Shown piece by piece: positions 1 through 9,311 of a stretch of 64,000 nucleotides of DNA. The DNA is taken from IMG/VR virus record IMGVR_UViG_3300037043_000022. One strand, given 5' to 3'. The stretch is from an uncultured virus (IMG/VR IMGVR_UViG_3300037043_000022). Taxonomy: Duplodnaviria > Heunggongvirae > Uroviricota > Caudoviricetes. The position numbers and the translations under genes were made by a program. The notes beneath the pieces are model-generated. The model was not told the DNA's origin. It did not search any database and saw nothing but the letters and a program-made list of their open reading frames with translations. How positions within the stretch are numbered: position 1 is the first letter of the stretch; each line of letters starts with the position of its first letter.

Positions 1-6
1 GTAAAC

Positions 7-315
7 ATGCGGAAAGAGATAGATGCAATTTTAGAATCAGGATGGAGATTAGGCATAGTTACATGGGAAAAATCAGATTGTGTTTACACTGGCATAGGGG
101 CACAAAAAATTGGAACAAAAGATAAAAGCAGTTTTGTACCAATAGCATACGTTTTTACATATGATGGTGAAATCGATTGGGATGGTAAAGATGAAATTGA
201 TTTTAATATGTCGGATTATGATTTAAGCAAAGACGAAAGAAAAGCCATTGAAAAATTTCTTGCATCTAAAAACAAAGAAAATTTTAAAGGAATAAGAATT
301 GACGGGGCAAAGTAA
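7..315 (+). CDS. hypothetical protein
   Basis: 102-aa ORF on the coding strand; no recognisable motif. Confidence 0.6.
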   Translation: MRKEIDAILESGWRLGIVTWEKSDCVYTGIGAQKIGTKDKSSFVPIAYVFTYDGEIDWDGKDEIDFNMSDYDLSKDERKAIEKFLASKNKENFKGIRIDGAK

Positions 316-356
316 TCAAACCAAATTGAGGGATCCAGATAAGATTGGAGAAAAGA

Positions 357-629
357 ATGAATGAAGAGAGACTGTTGGATGCAACTGAATTACGGAAATT
401 AATGCTAACTAAGGTGGTTAGTAAAATTAAGGAATTAAATGAACTCATTGAAGGAATGATGGAACAGCCAGCTGTTGAACTGAGTTACGATGAGTTGAAT
501 GAAATGCTCGATCTGTCCATTGATCATGAATGGAACAACAAACCGAAGAAGATAATCTTCAAAGCAGGTAAAGCGGCTGGATGGGTAGAATTGCGATGTC
601 CAATCAGGACAGTGATGAGAAAAGTTTAG
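357..629 (+). CDS. hypothetical protein
   Basis: GGAG RBS about 10 nt before ATG 357. Confidence 0.6.
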   Translation: MNEERLLDATELRKLMLTKVVSKIKELNELIEGMMEQPAVELSYDELNEMLDLSIDHEWNNKPKKIIFKAGKAAGWVELRCPIRTVMRKV

Positions 630-705
630 ACCCCATCAAGGATGGAATACGGTTTTTACCCGCACTTCCAAAAACATTTTAAAATCTTGACTGAAGGAGA
701 ACAAA

Positions 706-765
706 CCCGTCTGACGAGACCGAATGGTCGAAACGGGGAGAGGAACAAGCGCTCCCCGTCACGGG
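706..765 (+). ncRNA. type I hammerhead ribozyme (HHR1)
   Basis: Stem I CCCGT/ACGGG, core CTGACGA, stem II GACC-gaat-GGTC, GAAA, stem III CGGGGAG/CTCCCCG, GTC cleavage triplet (cut after 760). Confidence 0.93.
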
Positions 766-806
766 AAAAGAAACCCACCTAAAACCCCATTCTAAGGAGA
801 AAACAC

Positions 807-1004
807 ATGAGCAGATTTGCCCTGATCGTGTTCGACGGTTGTAACGGTGACCAAAACAGAGGGGTCATTTCGGACGAGAAAGCTGTCGAGACGTTGGTGA
901 ACGAGGGCAAACGCACGGAGGAAGAGTTGGAAGAATGTGAAGATGGAAGTGAAGTCATTATTGACGTTGAAGGTGACCAGCACAAACGTCTTCGCAAGCT
1001 GTGA
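807..1004 (+). CDS. small acidic hypothetical protein flanked by hammerhead ribozymes
   Basis: AAGGAG RBS; 65 aa, Glu/Asp-rich. Confidence 0.7.
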   Translation: MSRFALIVFDGCNGDQNRGVISDEKAVETLVNEGKRTEEELEECEDGSEVIIDVEGDQHKRLRKL

Positions 1005-1188
1005 CCCGCCGGAGCGAGCAAGGCGGCACGGACACCAACGGAGTGAGCAAGAACAAGTACGATCTAAGATAAAAACCCTTGAGATCACGAAAGGAGGTGC
1101 CACTTCAATTAGTTACCGATCATGTTCGACGTGAGCGGCACACGTCAAGGCCATTTAATTGCCGAACGGAATAATTGAAAGGGTAAAA

Positions 1189-1280
1189 CCCATCTGACGA
1201 GATCTTAATGATCGAAACAAGCACACCACACGGGTTATAAGGCACAGAAGTCCGCCGCCCGTTGGTGTGCTTGTAATGGG
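1189..1280 (+). ncRNA. type I hammerhead ribozyme (HHR2) with extended stem III
   Basis: Stem I CCCAT/ATGGG, CTGACGA, stem II GATC-ttaat-GATC, GAAA, stem III CAAGCACACCA/TGGTGTGCTTG, GTA triplet (cut after 1275). Confidence 0.92.
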
Positions 1281-1297
1281 CAAGGAGATTAAAATCG

Positions 1298-1360
1298 TTT
1301 TGATTGACGATGACTAGATGGTAACTAGTCGAAACGGGGAGTTCTCTCCCCGTCATGGGA
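1298..1360 (+). ncRNA. degenerate hammerhead-like motif (HHR3)
   Basis: TTGACGA variant core, stem II GACTAG/CTAGTC, GAAA, stem III CGGGGAG/CTCCCCG (same arms as HHR1), GTC then ATGGG; stem I pairs poorly. Confidence 0.55.
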
Positions 1361-1390
1361 AACCTAATCAAATCATAGAAAGGAGCTTGA

Positions 1391-1936
1391 ATGCACTGGA
1401 TGATAGACATAACTAAAGAGCAATTAGCTGACGTGCTTCAAGCCTGTCGTTCATTGGAAACGGTAAATTTGGCATTCAGCGGTGATTTGCCACCAGAAAC
1501 AATTATTGAGCTGTTATTGAACAATAAAGTAAATTTATCTGGTATCATCGGACAATTAGATAAGCAATTTCTATCTATATGTATGGCAGCAGTGCAACAG
1601 AATGGTTATGCACTTAAGTACATTAAAAATCAGACGCCAGAAATCTGTCTGGCGGCAGTAAAACAAAATGGTTGGGCACTTAAATATGTCAGGGAACAGA
1701 CACCAGAAATATATATGGCAGCAGTAAAACGAGATGGTTATGCACTTCACTTTATTAAAGAACAAACACCAGACATATGTTTAGCAGCAGTACAACGAAA
1801 TGGTCAGGCACTTCAACATGTTAAAAAACAAACACCTGAAATATGCATGGCAGCAGTACAACAAGATTGCCATGCACTTAATCTTGTTAGGGATCCAGCC
1901 ATTAAATGGGAGATAGAACGTGCATTGGCTCTCTGA
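1391..1936 (+). CDS. DUF4116-type 22-aa repeat protein with MHW leader
   Basis: EQTPEICxAAVxxNGxALxYVK repeats; MHWMIDITKEQLADV N-terminus. Confidence 0.85.
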   Translation: MHWMIDITKEQLADVLQACRSLETVNLAFSGDLPPETIIELLLNNKVNLSGIIGQLDKQFLSICMAAVQQNGYALKYIKNQTPEICLAAVKQNGWALKYVREQTPEIYMAAVKRDGYALHFIKEQTPDICLAAVQRNGQALQHVKKQTPEICMAAVQQDCHALNLVRDPAIKWEIERALAL

Positions 1937-2456
1937 GGTGACTAAAGAACAATTAGCTGACGTGATTAAAGCCTATCATTCATCCTTTGGGCTACTGAAT
2001 CAGAAGGAACCAGAAATAATTATTGATATGTTATTAAATGATGAAATAAACTTATGTGACATCATCAAACATTTAAATAAACAATTTCCAGCTATATGTC
2101 TGGCGGCAGTACAACAGTATAATTGGGCACTACAATATGTTAAGGAACAAACGCCAGAAATGTGTATGACAGCAGTACAGCAGAATGGTTGGGCACTTCG
2201 ATATGTCAAAAAACAGACACTAGAGATGTGTATGACAGCAATACAAGAAAGTGGCCATGTGCTTCAATGTGTCAAGGAACAAACGCCAGAAATCTGTATG
2301 GCAGCAATACAACAACAATGGGGTTGGGCACTACAATATGTCAAAGAACAGACGCCAGAAATATGTATGACATCAGTACAACGAGATAAGGATACACTTC
2401 AATTTGTTAGAAACCCAACTCTTAGAGAGGAGATAAAACGTGCATTGGCTCTCTGA
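1920..2456 (+). CDS. DUF4116-type repeat protein with MHW leader
   Basis: GTG start, MHWLSEVTKEQLADV leader, repeats. Confidence 0.85.
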   Translation: MHWLSEVTKEQLADVIKAYHSSFGLLNQKEPEIIIDMLLNDEINLCDIIKHLNKQFPAICLAAVQQYNWALQYVKEQTPEMCMTAVQQNGWALRYVKKQTLEMCMTAIQESGHVLQCVKEQTPEICMAAIQQQWGWALQYVKEQTPEICMTSVQRDKDTLQFVRNPTLREEIKRALAL

Positions 2457-2590
2457 AGTGATTAAAGAACAATTAGCTGACGTGATTAATGGTTGAAATA
2501 AACCCAATGTGCATCTTAATGCGCATCTTAATGCATTCTGAAAAGCTCTTCAATTTGTTAAAGACCCAACTCTTAAGAAAGAGATAGCTA
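2428..2590 (+). pseudogene. collapsed DUF4116 gene remnant
   Basis: RBS plus leader DNA (gtgcattggctctctgaagtgattaaagaacaattagctgacgtgatt), then a copy of the C-cap (cttcaatttgttaaagacccaactctt); repeats are missing. Confidence 0.7.
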
Positions 2591-2645
2591 AGACATCAAC
2601 AAAGTGTGGGAAGAATGGGAACGGGTGATGAGAGGGAGGTGACAG

Positions 2646-3185
2646 ATGGGTAAATTGGTGCTCGAAATTTTACAGGACGAATCCGCCCCAAATCCTCGCA
2701 AAGAATATGATTGTTTCGGCAAGATGGTGTGCTTTCATCGCCGTTATGACTTAGGCGATGAACATGATTTCAAACATGAAGATTTCAATGGATGGGATGA
2801 ATTAGAGGGCCATTTACGCAAAGAATTGAATGCGGAAATCGTCTTACCATTATATCTTTATGATCACAGTGGCATTACGATGAACGTTACCGGATTCTCC
2901 TGCTCATGGGACTCTGGGCAAGTTGGTCTCATCTATGCCACCAAAGAAATGATCATGGAGGAACATGGGGATTGTAATGAGGAATCACTCAAGAAGACGA
3001 AGGAATTGTTAATCGCGGAAGTGGCGACGTACGATCAATATTTACAAGGCGACGTTTGGGAATACGTAATAAAGGACAAAGATGGCACTTGTGTCGATTC
3101 ATGTGGTGGATTCTACAACAAGGAATATTGCGGAGAGGAGGCGAAACGCTCCCTCAAGACTTTGGAAGCACGCATTAAAAAATAA
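2646..3185 (+). CDS. conserved phage/MGE hypothetical protein
   Basis: PNPR...GKMVCFHRRYDLGD...LPLYLYDHSGITM...WDSGQVG motifs recalled from a widespread uncharacterised MGE family. Confidence 0.7.
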   Translation: MGKLVLEILQDESAPNPRKEYDCFGKMVCFHRRYDLGDEHDFKHEDFNGWDELEGHLRKELNAEIVLPLYLYDHSGITMNVTGFSCSWDSGQVGLIYATKEMIMEEHGDCNEESLKKTKELLIAEVATYDQYLQGDVWEYVIKDKDGTCVDSCGGFYNKEYCGEEAKRSLKTLEARIKK

Positions 3186-3200
3186 CGGAAGGATGAGAAA

Positions 3201-3644
3201 ATGACCAAAGAGGGCTATTGGATCACTGATAAGGACAGACGACATGAGGTTTATGATCATGCTCAATGGGCATCTGAACGCGGTCTAGTCGATAAGGATT
3301 TAAATCCACACAATGACAAAGACCGCGTTCAGATTCTGCTACAAGTCATGAACAAAGGTTGGATCAGAGTTAGAGGACATGGCAACAGCATTACTTTCGA
3401 ATTTTCCAAAAACACGGATTCAGCCCTCTGGTCCATTTATCTCTTTTTAGAGAAAACCGGAATGGCAGGGCCATATACGCAATTGATTGTCAACAACCTC
3501 CGAACCAAAGACATGATTGACGTGCCTTATGACGGATTTAAAAAGGCTATGAAGAGCGACGAGGTGTTGATGCGTGAAGGTCTAAAGTATAATTATGATG
3601 AGAAATTCATCGCCAGAATAAACCAGAGGTTACGTCAAATTTGA
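3201..3644 (+). CDS. hypothetical protein, paralog of 30773..31168
   Basis: Shared GxWI...H..WA...GW[IV]R[VM]R pattern. Confidence 0.65.
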   Translation: MTKEGYWITDKDRRHEVYDHAQWASERGLVDKDLNPHNDKDRVQILLQVMNKGWIRVRGHGNSITFEFSKNTDSALWSIYLFLEKTGMAGPYTQLIVNNLRTKDMIDVPYDGFKKAMKSDEVLMREGLKYNYDEKFIARINQRLRQI

Positions 3645-3665
3645 ATCACAAAAAGGAGTGGGCAA

Positions 3666-4151
3666 ATGACGCTAATCGAATTATTGACGATGGCGGACAA
3701 AGAAACCATCGATGACATATTGCAAGCTGCACATAAGATCAATAAAAATTGGGCAAGATATAAAGATGAAACGATTATCAAGAAATTATGTAATGATGGA
3801 ATTAGGGCAGGATATGAAGAAGTATCGATGTTCTTATCAGAACTTCGAAAACCGGAAAAATTCGCCCATGTTAGATTTAAAGTGCCGTTCAGTACGGCCA
3901 TGGTTCCAGCATTGACGCTTGTGATACGTGATGGCTACTTCTATAATAGAATGGTTGATAAACAAATAAAATTGGTAGAAAAATTGCTGATGGGTGGGGC
4001 AGACCCTCATGAGACATGCGAAATTGAAGGCTGGACTCCTATGAAATTCGCAAAGAACCTCAACGATAGTGACATAATCAACATGTTAGAAAATCAAGAA
4101 AGGAATTTAAATGCACTGGATGACGACCGTAACCAAAGAACAGTTAGCTGA
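3666..4151 (+). CDS. leader-domain protein with ankyrin-like C-terminus
   Basis: ADKETIDDILQAAHKINKNWARYKDETIIKKL resembles the DUF4116 leader; LLMGGADPH...GWTPMKFA is ankyrin-like. Confidence 0.65.
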   Translation: MTLIELLTMADKETIDDILQAAHKINKNWARYKDETIIKKLCNDGIRAGYEEVSMFLSELRKPEKFAHVRFKVPFSTAMVPALTLVIRDGYFYNRMVDKQIKLVEKLLMGGADPHETCEIEGWTPMKFAKNLNDSDIINMLENQERNLNALDDDRNQRTVS

Positions 4152-4905
4152 CGTAATCCGAGCAGTGAGAAAGACTGATAGCAATTATAAACAGATGAAG
4201 GATGAAGTGATTATTGAGATACTATTGACTCGCCCCGTCCGCGCTCCGTCCCTACGCGGGTATGGGCCCAAATCGCTGCCAAGCGGTGATGCACTAAAAC
4301 ATTTAAACAAGCAATTTCCAGAAATATGTATGGCAGCAGTGCAAGAAGATGGTTATGCACTTGAATATGTCAAGGAGCAGACGCCAGAAATCTGCATGGC
4401 GGCAGTAAAACAAAATGGTGGTGCACTTAAACATGTCAAATGTTCTGCGAACAACAAAGAGCAGACGCTAGAAATATGCATGGCAGCAGTAAGACAAAAT
4501 AGTCATGCACTTCAGCATGTCAAAAAACAAACACCAGAAATATGTATAGCAGCAGTACAACGACATGGTTCGGCACTTGAATATGTTAAGGAACAAACGC
4601 CAGAAATGTGTATGGCAGCAGTGCAGCAGAATAGCAATGCACTTGAACATGTCAAATGTTCTGCGAACAACAAAGAACAGACACCAGAAATCTGTATGGC
4701 AGCAGTAAAAGGTAATGGTTTGGTACTTCAATTTGTCAAGGAACAGACGCCAGAATTGTGCATGGCAGCGGTACAACGAAATGGTCATGCACTTGAATAT
4801 GTCAAGGAGCAGACACCAGAGATATGTACGGCAGCAGTGCAGCAAGATGGTGAAGCACTTGAATATGTTAACAAAAAATTCAAGATCAAGATTGTTGAGG
4901 GGTGA
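4111..4905 (+). CDS. DUF4116-type repeat protein with MHW leader (two CSANNK inserts)
   Basis: Leader plus about 8 repeats. Confidence 0.85.
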   Translation: MHWMTTVTKEQLADVIRAVRKTDSNYKQMKDEVIIEILLTRPVRAPSLRGYGPKSLPSGDALKHLNKQFPEICMAAVQEDGYALEYVKEQTPEICMAAVKQNGGALKHVKCSANNKEQTLEICMAAVRQNSHALQHVKKQTPEICIAAVQRHGSALEYVKEQTPEMCMAAVQQNSNALEHVKCSANNKEQTPEICMAAVKGNGLVLQFVKEQTPELCMAAVQRNGHALEYVKEQTPEICTAAVQQDGEALEYVNKKFKIKIVEG

Positions 4906-4925
4906 CATTTGCGATGGAGGTTAAA

Positions 4926-5174
4926 ATGAACAAGAAACATAAAGAATATCAACGCTTAATGAAAGCACGACAATCAATAATCTCAACTAATGCATCACGG
5001 AGAATTAAGGGATTGACGCCATTGCCAGTGCCAGATAAACCTAAAGCGCCACTTGTGTCCATCCTGTATGATAAGGACGGCACATACGTTGGGCGATGTG
5101 AAGATGAAGAGGAAGCAAAACGAATTGCCATTAACATTAATGGCACCGTTAAAATGGAACCAATGAGATGGTAA
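4926..5174 (+). CDS. hypothetical protein
   Basis: GGAGG RBS before ATG 4926. Confidence 0.6.
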   Translation: MNKKHKEYQRLMKARQSIISTNASRRIKGLTPLPVPDKPKAPLVSILYDKDGTYVGRCEDEEEAKRIAININGTVKMEPMRW

Positions 5175-5186
5175 AGGAGAAGATGA

Positions 5187-5471
5187 ATGTTTGGTGACAA
5201 TAGGCCGATAGAAGAACGTCTTCCTAAGCCAACCACTTGGTTGTCGGTGGAACCATCTACGTCATTGGCCGGTCGAGAATACGTTTGGATTACGCTGCTT
5301 GATTCTCGCGTCCAATCGGCCATGAAGGTGACTGCCGATACCTTACGTGAGGCGCGTGAGCAAGTCATCGAAGAATTGCTCGACCATGAGATTAATTTGA
5401 CGAAAGAGGAAGCGAAGATTAAAATCATGAAACTGGAGGGTGAAACATGGATGGTGATCAAACTCCAATAG
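5187..5471 (+). CDS. hypothetical protein
   Basis: AAGGAG RBS, 94 aa. Confidence 0.6.
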   Translation: MFGDNRPIEERLPKPTTWLSVEPSTSLAGREYVWITLLDSRVQSAMKVTADTLREAREQVIEELLDHEINLTKEEAKIKIMKLEGETWMVIKLQ

Positions 5472-5656
5472 GTAATCTGGAAATCGCAATCCGTGAAATG
5501 GACGATGCACGAATCGAACAACAGGAAATGACCGAATTGACGGTGATGGATGGGCCGTCATTGTCTGAAATGCTGCAGGACGCTGAATTTGAACGTGATT
5601 TGAATGTTTGGTGGGATGAGCAAGATCAAAGCATCGACCAAAACCAAGAGAGATGA
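5447..5656 (+). CDS. small acidic hypothetical protein
   Basis: GGAGG RBS; a degenerate copy of its DNA lies at about 6625-6730. Confidence 0.5.
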   Translation: MDGDQTPIGNLEIAIREMDDARIEQQEMTELTVMDGPSLSEMLQDAEFERDLNVWWDEQDQSIDQNQER

Positions 5657-5707
5657 AAACTTCATGGGTGGACAATGGAAGAATTATCTTGACGTGTGGG
5701 TGAAAAC

Positions 5708-5830
5708 ATGACGACCGCAAGCAAGGAACTGGTTGACGCAATTGATAAGAAGATGATGGCATCATGAACGAATAAGAAATGCATTAAGTACGTCACGTAA
5801 ATCTGTCTTATCATTTATATAAAACAGACG
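5708..5830 (+). pseudogene. degenerate DUF4116 leader remnant
   Basis: atgacgaccgcaagcaaggaactggttgacgcaattga resembles atgacgaacgcaagcaaggaacaattagctgacgtaattga. Confidence 0.5.
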
Positions 5831-6640
5831 TTGGCGGCATTTCGCCGTGCCAGTCTGGTACTTAAATTTCTGAAGAAGCCACGATGAAACGCGGTAGGGT
5901 GCTGCAATTGTGAGAGGAGATAAGATGACGACCACAAACAAGGAACTGGCAGCGGTACAACGAAATGGTTGGGCACTTGAATATGTTAAGGAACAGACAC
6001 CAGAATTGTGTCTGGCAGCAGTGCAACAAAATGGTTCGGCACTTGAATATGTCAAGGAACAAACACCAGAATTATGCATGGCAGCAGTGCAACAGGATGG
6101 TCGGGCACTTGAATATGTCAAAAAACAGACGCCGGAATTATGCATGGCAGCAGTGCAACAGGATGGTCGGGCACTTGAATATGTTAAGAAACCGCCAGAA
6201 TTATGTATGGCAGCAGTGCAACAAGATGGGCGAGCGCTTGAATTTGTTGAAGAGCAGACACCAGAAATATGCATAGCAGCAGTACAACAACATGGTCTGG
6301 CACTCCAACATGTCAAGGAACAGACGCCAGAAATATGCCTGGCAGCAGTAAAACAACATAATTGGGCATTACAGTATGTTAAGGAGCAGACACCAGAAAT
6401 ATGTATGGCAGCGGTACAACGAAATGGTTGGGCACTTGAATATGTCGAAGAACAAACACCAGAAATATGTATGGCGGCAGCACAACAAAATGGTGGTGCA
6501 TTTGAATATGTCGAAGAACAGACGTTGGCGGCATTTCGTCGTGCCAGTCTGGTACTTCTTGAGGGACTAAACCAATCTGAAGAAGCCACGATGAAACGCG
6601 GTAGGGTGCTACAATTGTGAGAGGAGATGGATGACAACCA
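5823..6640 (+). repeat. ~110-bp direct repeats (5823-5933 and 6517-6640) flanking a DUF4116 repeat block
   Basis: aacagacgttggcggcatttcg...atgaaacgcggtagggtgct.caattgtgagaggagat occurs twice. Confidence 0.9.
5925..6620 (+). CDS. leaderless DUF4116-type repeat protein
   Basis: About 9 repeats, no MHW leader, ends KRGRVLQL. Confidence 0.75.
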   Translation: MTTTNKELAAVQRNGWALEYVKEQTPELCLAAVQQNGSALEYVKEQTPELCMAAVQQDGRALEYVKKQTPELCMAAVQQDGRALEYVKKPPELCMAAVQQDGRALEFVEEQTPEICIAAVQQHGLALQHVKEQTPEICLAAVKQHNWALQYVKEQTPEICMAAVQRNGWALEYVEEQTPEICMAAAQQNGGAFEYVEEQTLAAFRRASLVLLEGLNQSEEATMKRGRVLQL

Positions 6641-6717
6641 AATTCCAGTGGGCAATCCGGAAATCGCAGCCCGTGAAAGGACGATCGAACGGTGGGATGA
6701 ACAAAGGAGATGAAAAC

Positions 6718-6993
6718 ATGGGTGAAAACATGTGCCCTTACACCGAATTGTTTAAATGCATTGCTATGGAATTCGATTCACCAATATGTAGTGAAGACAT
6801 AGACGATTCCACTTATATTTATGTGATTTCGCCAAGCATGATCTGGGGCATTTACGACAACAAAGTCAGCATTATGAATTTCAAAGAATCGAATTGGAAT
6901 TTCGTTACCGATCTCCATGACCTTGACTGCATTGAAAAGATCAAAGCGGTATGGAGACAATTCCAAACCATTCAAAAGGAGAAAGACGAATGA
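6718..6993 (+). CDS. hypothetical protein (LHDLD family)
   Basis: AAGGAG RBS; TDLHDLDCIEKIK resembles 13777 and 24094 products. Confidence 0.55.
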   Translation: MGENMCPYTELFKCIAMEFDSPICSEDIDDSTYIYVISPSMIWGIYDNKVSIMNFKESNWNFVTDLHDLDCIEKIKAVWRQFQTIQKEKDE

Positions 6994-7349
6994 GCCACGT
7001 AACGACGGTACAAACGGAAATTAAGGACAAGACAGCATTGATGATGGCGTGCAAGCAACTTGGTTGCCAATTCAAGACCGGCAAGCACAAAGTCACGATG
7101 TACAGCGGCAGCGTTGAATGTGAATTCTCATTCAATCTGCCAGGATGGAGATACCCAGTCGCATTGTTGAACGATGGGACGCTGAAATTTGACAACTTTA
7201 ACGGCAATTGGGGCAATTCGAAAGAACTTGACAAAATGAAACAGGCATACGGCGTGGAAGTGGCCACTAAGAAGGCCCGCAGCATGGGTTATATCGTTCA
7301 GAAAAAGATCAAACAAGACGGCACGGTCCAATTAGCCCTGAGCAAGTGA
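6990..7349 (+). CDS. DUF1257 / Ycf35-like protein
   Basis: MSHVTTVQTEIKD..AL..A...LG start, FDNFNGNWG, QAYGVE..K.A...GY. Confidence 0.75.
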   Translation: MSHVTTVQTEIKDKTALMMACKQLGCQFKTGKHKVTMYSGSVECEFSFNLPGWRYPVALLNDGTLKFDNFNGNWGNSKELDKMKQAYGVEVATKKARSMGYIVQKKIKQDGTVQLALSK

Positions 7350-7360
7350 AGGAGTAAGCG

Positions 7361-8002
7361 ATGAAACTTAGTGAAGCGTTTGGTGAAACGTTTGGGAGTG
7401 TGCAACGTTCCCAGATGCTTTCACAACTTCAACTCGAAGGGCTTAATCGGAAGTTCTATCTGATCACTGACGTAATGAAAACGTTGAATGATGCAGGAAT
7501 TGAATGCGTTCTCGTCGGCGCACAGGCGTTGTCCCAACATACCAATCAGCCGAGAGCTACGGAGGACGTCGACGTAGTGGTCGATGATCATAAATTGGCC
7601 GTTAAGGCGATAATGAACAAGTGGCCAAATCTTAAACCGGTTGATGAATCGGATGCCGTGAGAATTTTTGACGGCGAACACGTAGTGATCGACATACTCA
7701 AGCCGATTGGTTTTTATAAATCAACGCTCAACAATTCTCAAACTGGAAAAATAGGAAACATAAAAATAAACATACCTACACCAGAAATGGCAGTGGTTAT
7801 GAAATATGCGGCATTTATCAGTCCCAATCGATCAAAAGCAAGGAAACACCAAGATGTGTCTGATTTCATTTCACTAGTAAAGGCGCAAAAAATCAACGAC
7901 GATAAGGTCGCCGAATTGGTCGGATCACTTTATGTTGGTGCCGACAAGGAAGTTAAGGATTACCTGTACAAGGCAAGAAACGACGTAACGATAATCGTTT
8001 AA
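7361..8002 (+). CDS. nucleotidyltransferase (Pol-beta superfamily, AbiEii/DUF6036-like)
   Basis: VLVGAQAL...PRATEDVDVV; later MK...R..KH..D motif. Confidence 0.7.
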   Translation: MKLSEAFGETFGSVQRSQMLSQLQLEGLNRKFYLITDVMKTLNDAGIECVLVGAQALSQHTNQPRATEDVDVVVDDHKLAVKAIMNKWPNLKPVDESDAVRIFDGEHVVIDILKPIGFYKSTLNNSQTGKIGNIKINIPTPEMAVVMKYAAFISPNRSKARKHQDVSDFISLVKAQKINDDKVAELVGSLYVGADKEVKDYLYKARNDVTIIV

Positions 8003-8031
8003 TGGTGACAAACATTTGAAAGGAGAAAGAG

Positions 8032-8424
8032 ATGAATTTACCACAATTTTTAGAAGGACGCGCATCAGAATTGCTCTCCGTGGAAATGGACGGTGCAGAT
8101 AGACGACGGCAATGGGCCGTCGTGCTTGGCCTTAAACCATTCCTCGACGGTGATCAGTACTGTGTCCTGTGGGGCAACAACATCCAAGACGGCGTTGCCG
8201 GTTTTGGTAAGACGCCGGTCGAAGCAATGGCTGCTTTTGAAAAAGCAATGTACGAAAAGAGAGAGCAAAACGCCAGCGTTGTTCGGAACCAAAACGCCAC
8301 CAAACATGTAGCAATCATCGTAAGCGGCGGCGTCGTTTCCGAAGTCAAGACCAATGTGGAAGATTTAAAAGTGGACGTGATCGACGTTGATGTCCTGAAA
8401 ACAACAGGCGGTCGACGAGCGTAG
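8032..8424 (+). CDS. hypothetical protein
   Basis: AAGGAG RBS; GVAGFGKTPVEAM motif. Confidence 0.6.
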   Translation: MNLPQFLEGRASELLSVEMDGADRRRQWAVVLGLKPFLDGDQYCVLWGNNIQDGVAGFGKTPVEAMAAFEKAMYEKREQNASVVRNQNATKHVAIIVSGGVVSEVKTNVEDLKVDVIDVDVLKTTGGRRA

Positions 8425-8528
8425 CGGCAGCACATCAGAAGGCGTTACTTGATGCAACCGTTACTTGATGCAACGAACGGCATGCAAGACGCCGACATAA
8501 ACTTTGTGGAATGAGAAAGGGGAATGAC

Positions 8529-8726
8529 ATGCACCAGATAATCATTGAAATTTCACCATCGGGTGAAAGCATGATCAAAGTACAAGGAATGAAGGGCAGC
8601 AAATGTTCAAAATTGACGGCAGACATCGAAAAGGCACTTGGTAAGGTCACGTCGACGAAAAAGACCAGCGAATATTACATGTCCGAGGGACAAGGACTCA
8701 AACAGGGACAAGGGACCGGAACGTGA
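8529..8726 (+). CDS. DUF2997-like protein
   Basis: IIIEISPSGE..IKVQGMKGSKCSKLTADIEKALG......TSEYY. Confidence 0.75.
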   Translation: MHQIIIEISPSGESMIKVQGMKGSKCSKLTADIEKALGKVTSTKKTSEYYMSEGQGLKQGQGTGT

Positions 8727-8986
8727 ACAACGTAATGGAAGAGATTGATTTAACAAAATGTCTTCCGGGAGATGAATTGATATCCATTCACGGAGTGACT
8801 TTCATATATTGTAAAAAGGCTGAAACTCCATACCCACATTGGATTGTTTTAAAAGGCACTAATCGACGTACTTCCCGTGCAGACAATGGACAGGAACATT
8901 TGGCCAGTTTGCCATGTGATCATGATATTGTTAAAGTGATCCGACACGGTGTGGTTTTGCAGGAGAATAAAGAACCAAAGAGATAA
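8723..8986 (+). CDS. hypothetical protein
   Basis: Overlaps the previous stop (GTGA). Confidence 0.5.
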   Translation: MNNVMEEIDLTKCLPGDELISIHGVTFIYCKKAETPYPHWIVLKGTNRRTSRADNGQEHLASLPCDHDIVKVIRHGVVLQENKEPKR

Positions 8987-9043
8987 AGACCCACCCTACG
9001 TCTGTTTAAGAGGAAGAATAGAACTTCAATCATGGGGGTCAAA

Positions 9044-9299
9044 CATGAAAGCTGAACGAATCGCAGCGAAGATCGAAGCACTAGGCGTACCAACTGAGGT
9101 GGTTTGTGATCAAGACTATTGGGATGGTGATGATTTCATCATGTTGGGGGAGAAAAACGGACCACGAGTACCGGTTCATCCCTACTCCAATCAGATTGAA
9201 GCAACGTCGGTCAATGGTGAAATCTTTGAATATAATAATAACCTCGGTCTGCAGAAATTGGTTAACGACTTCAAATGCGGCAAATTGATGAAAAGATGA
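9044..9299 (+). CDS. hypothetical protein
   Basis: MKAERIAAKIEALG after GGGGG RBS; start approximate. Confidence 0.45.
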
Positions 9300-9311
9300 A
9301 AGGACCGGAAC

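Noticed and set aside
5870..5912. CTGAAGA...GAAAC as another hammerhead (also at about 6577)
   Set aside because: No stem II or stem III pairing; the sequence is explained as the coding tail SEEATMKRGRVLQL.
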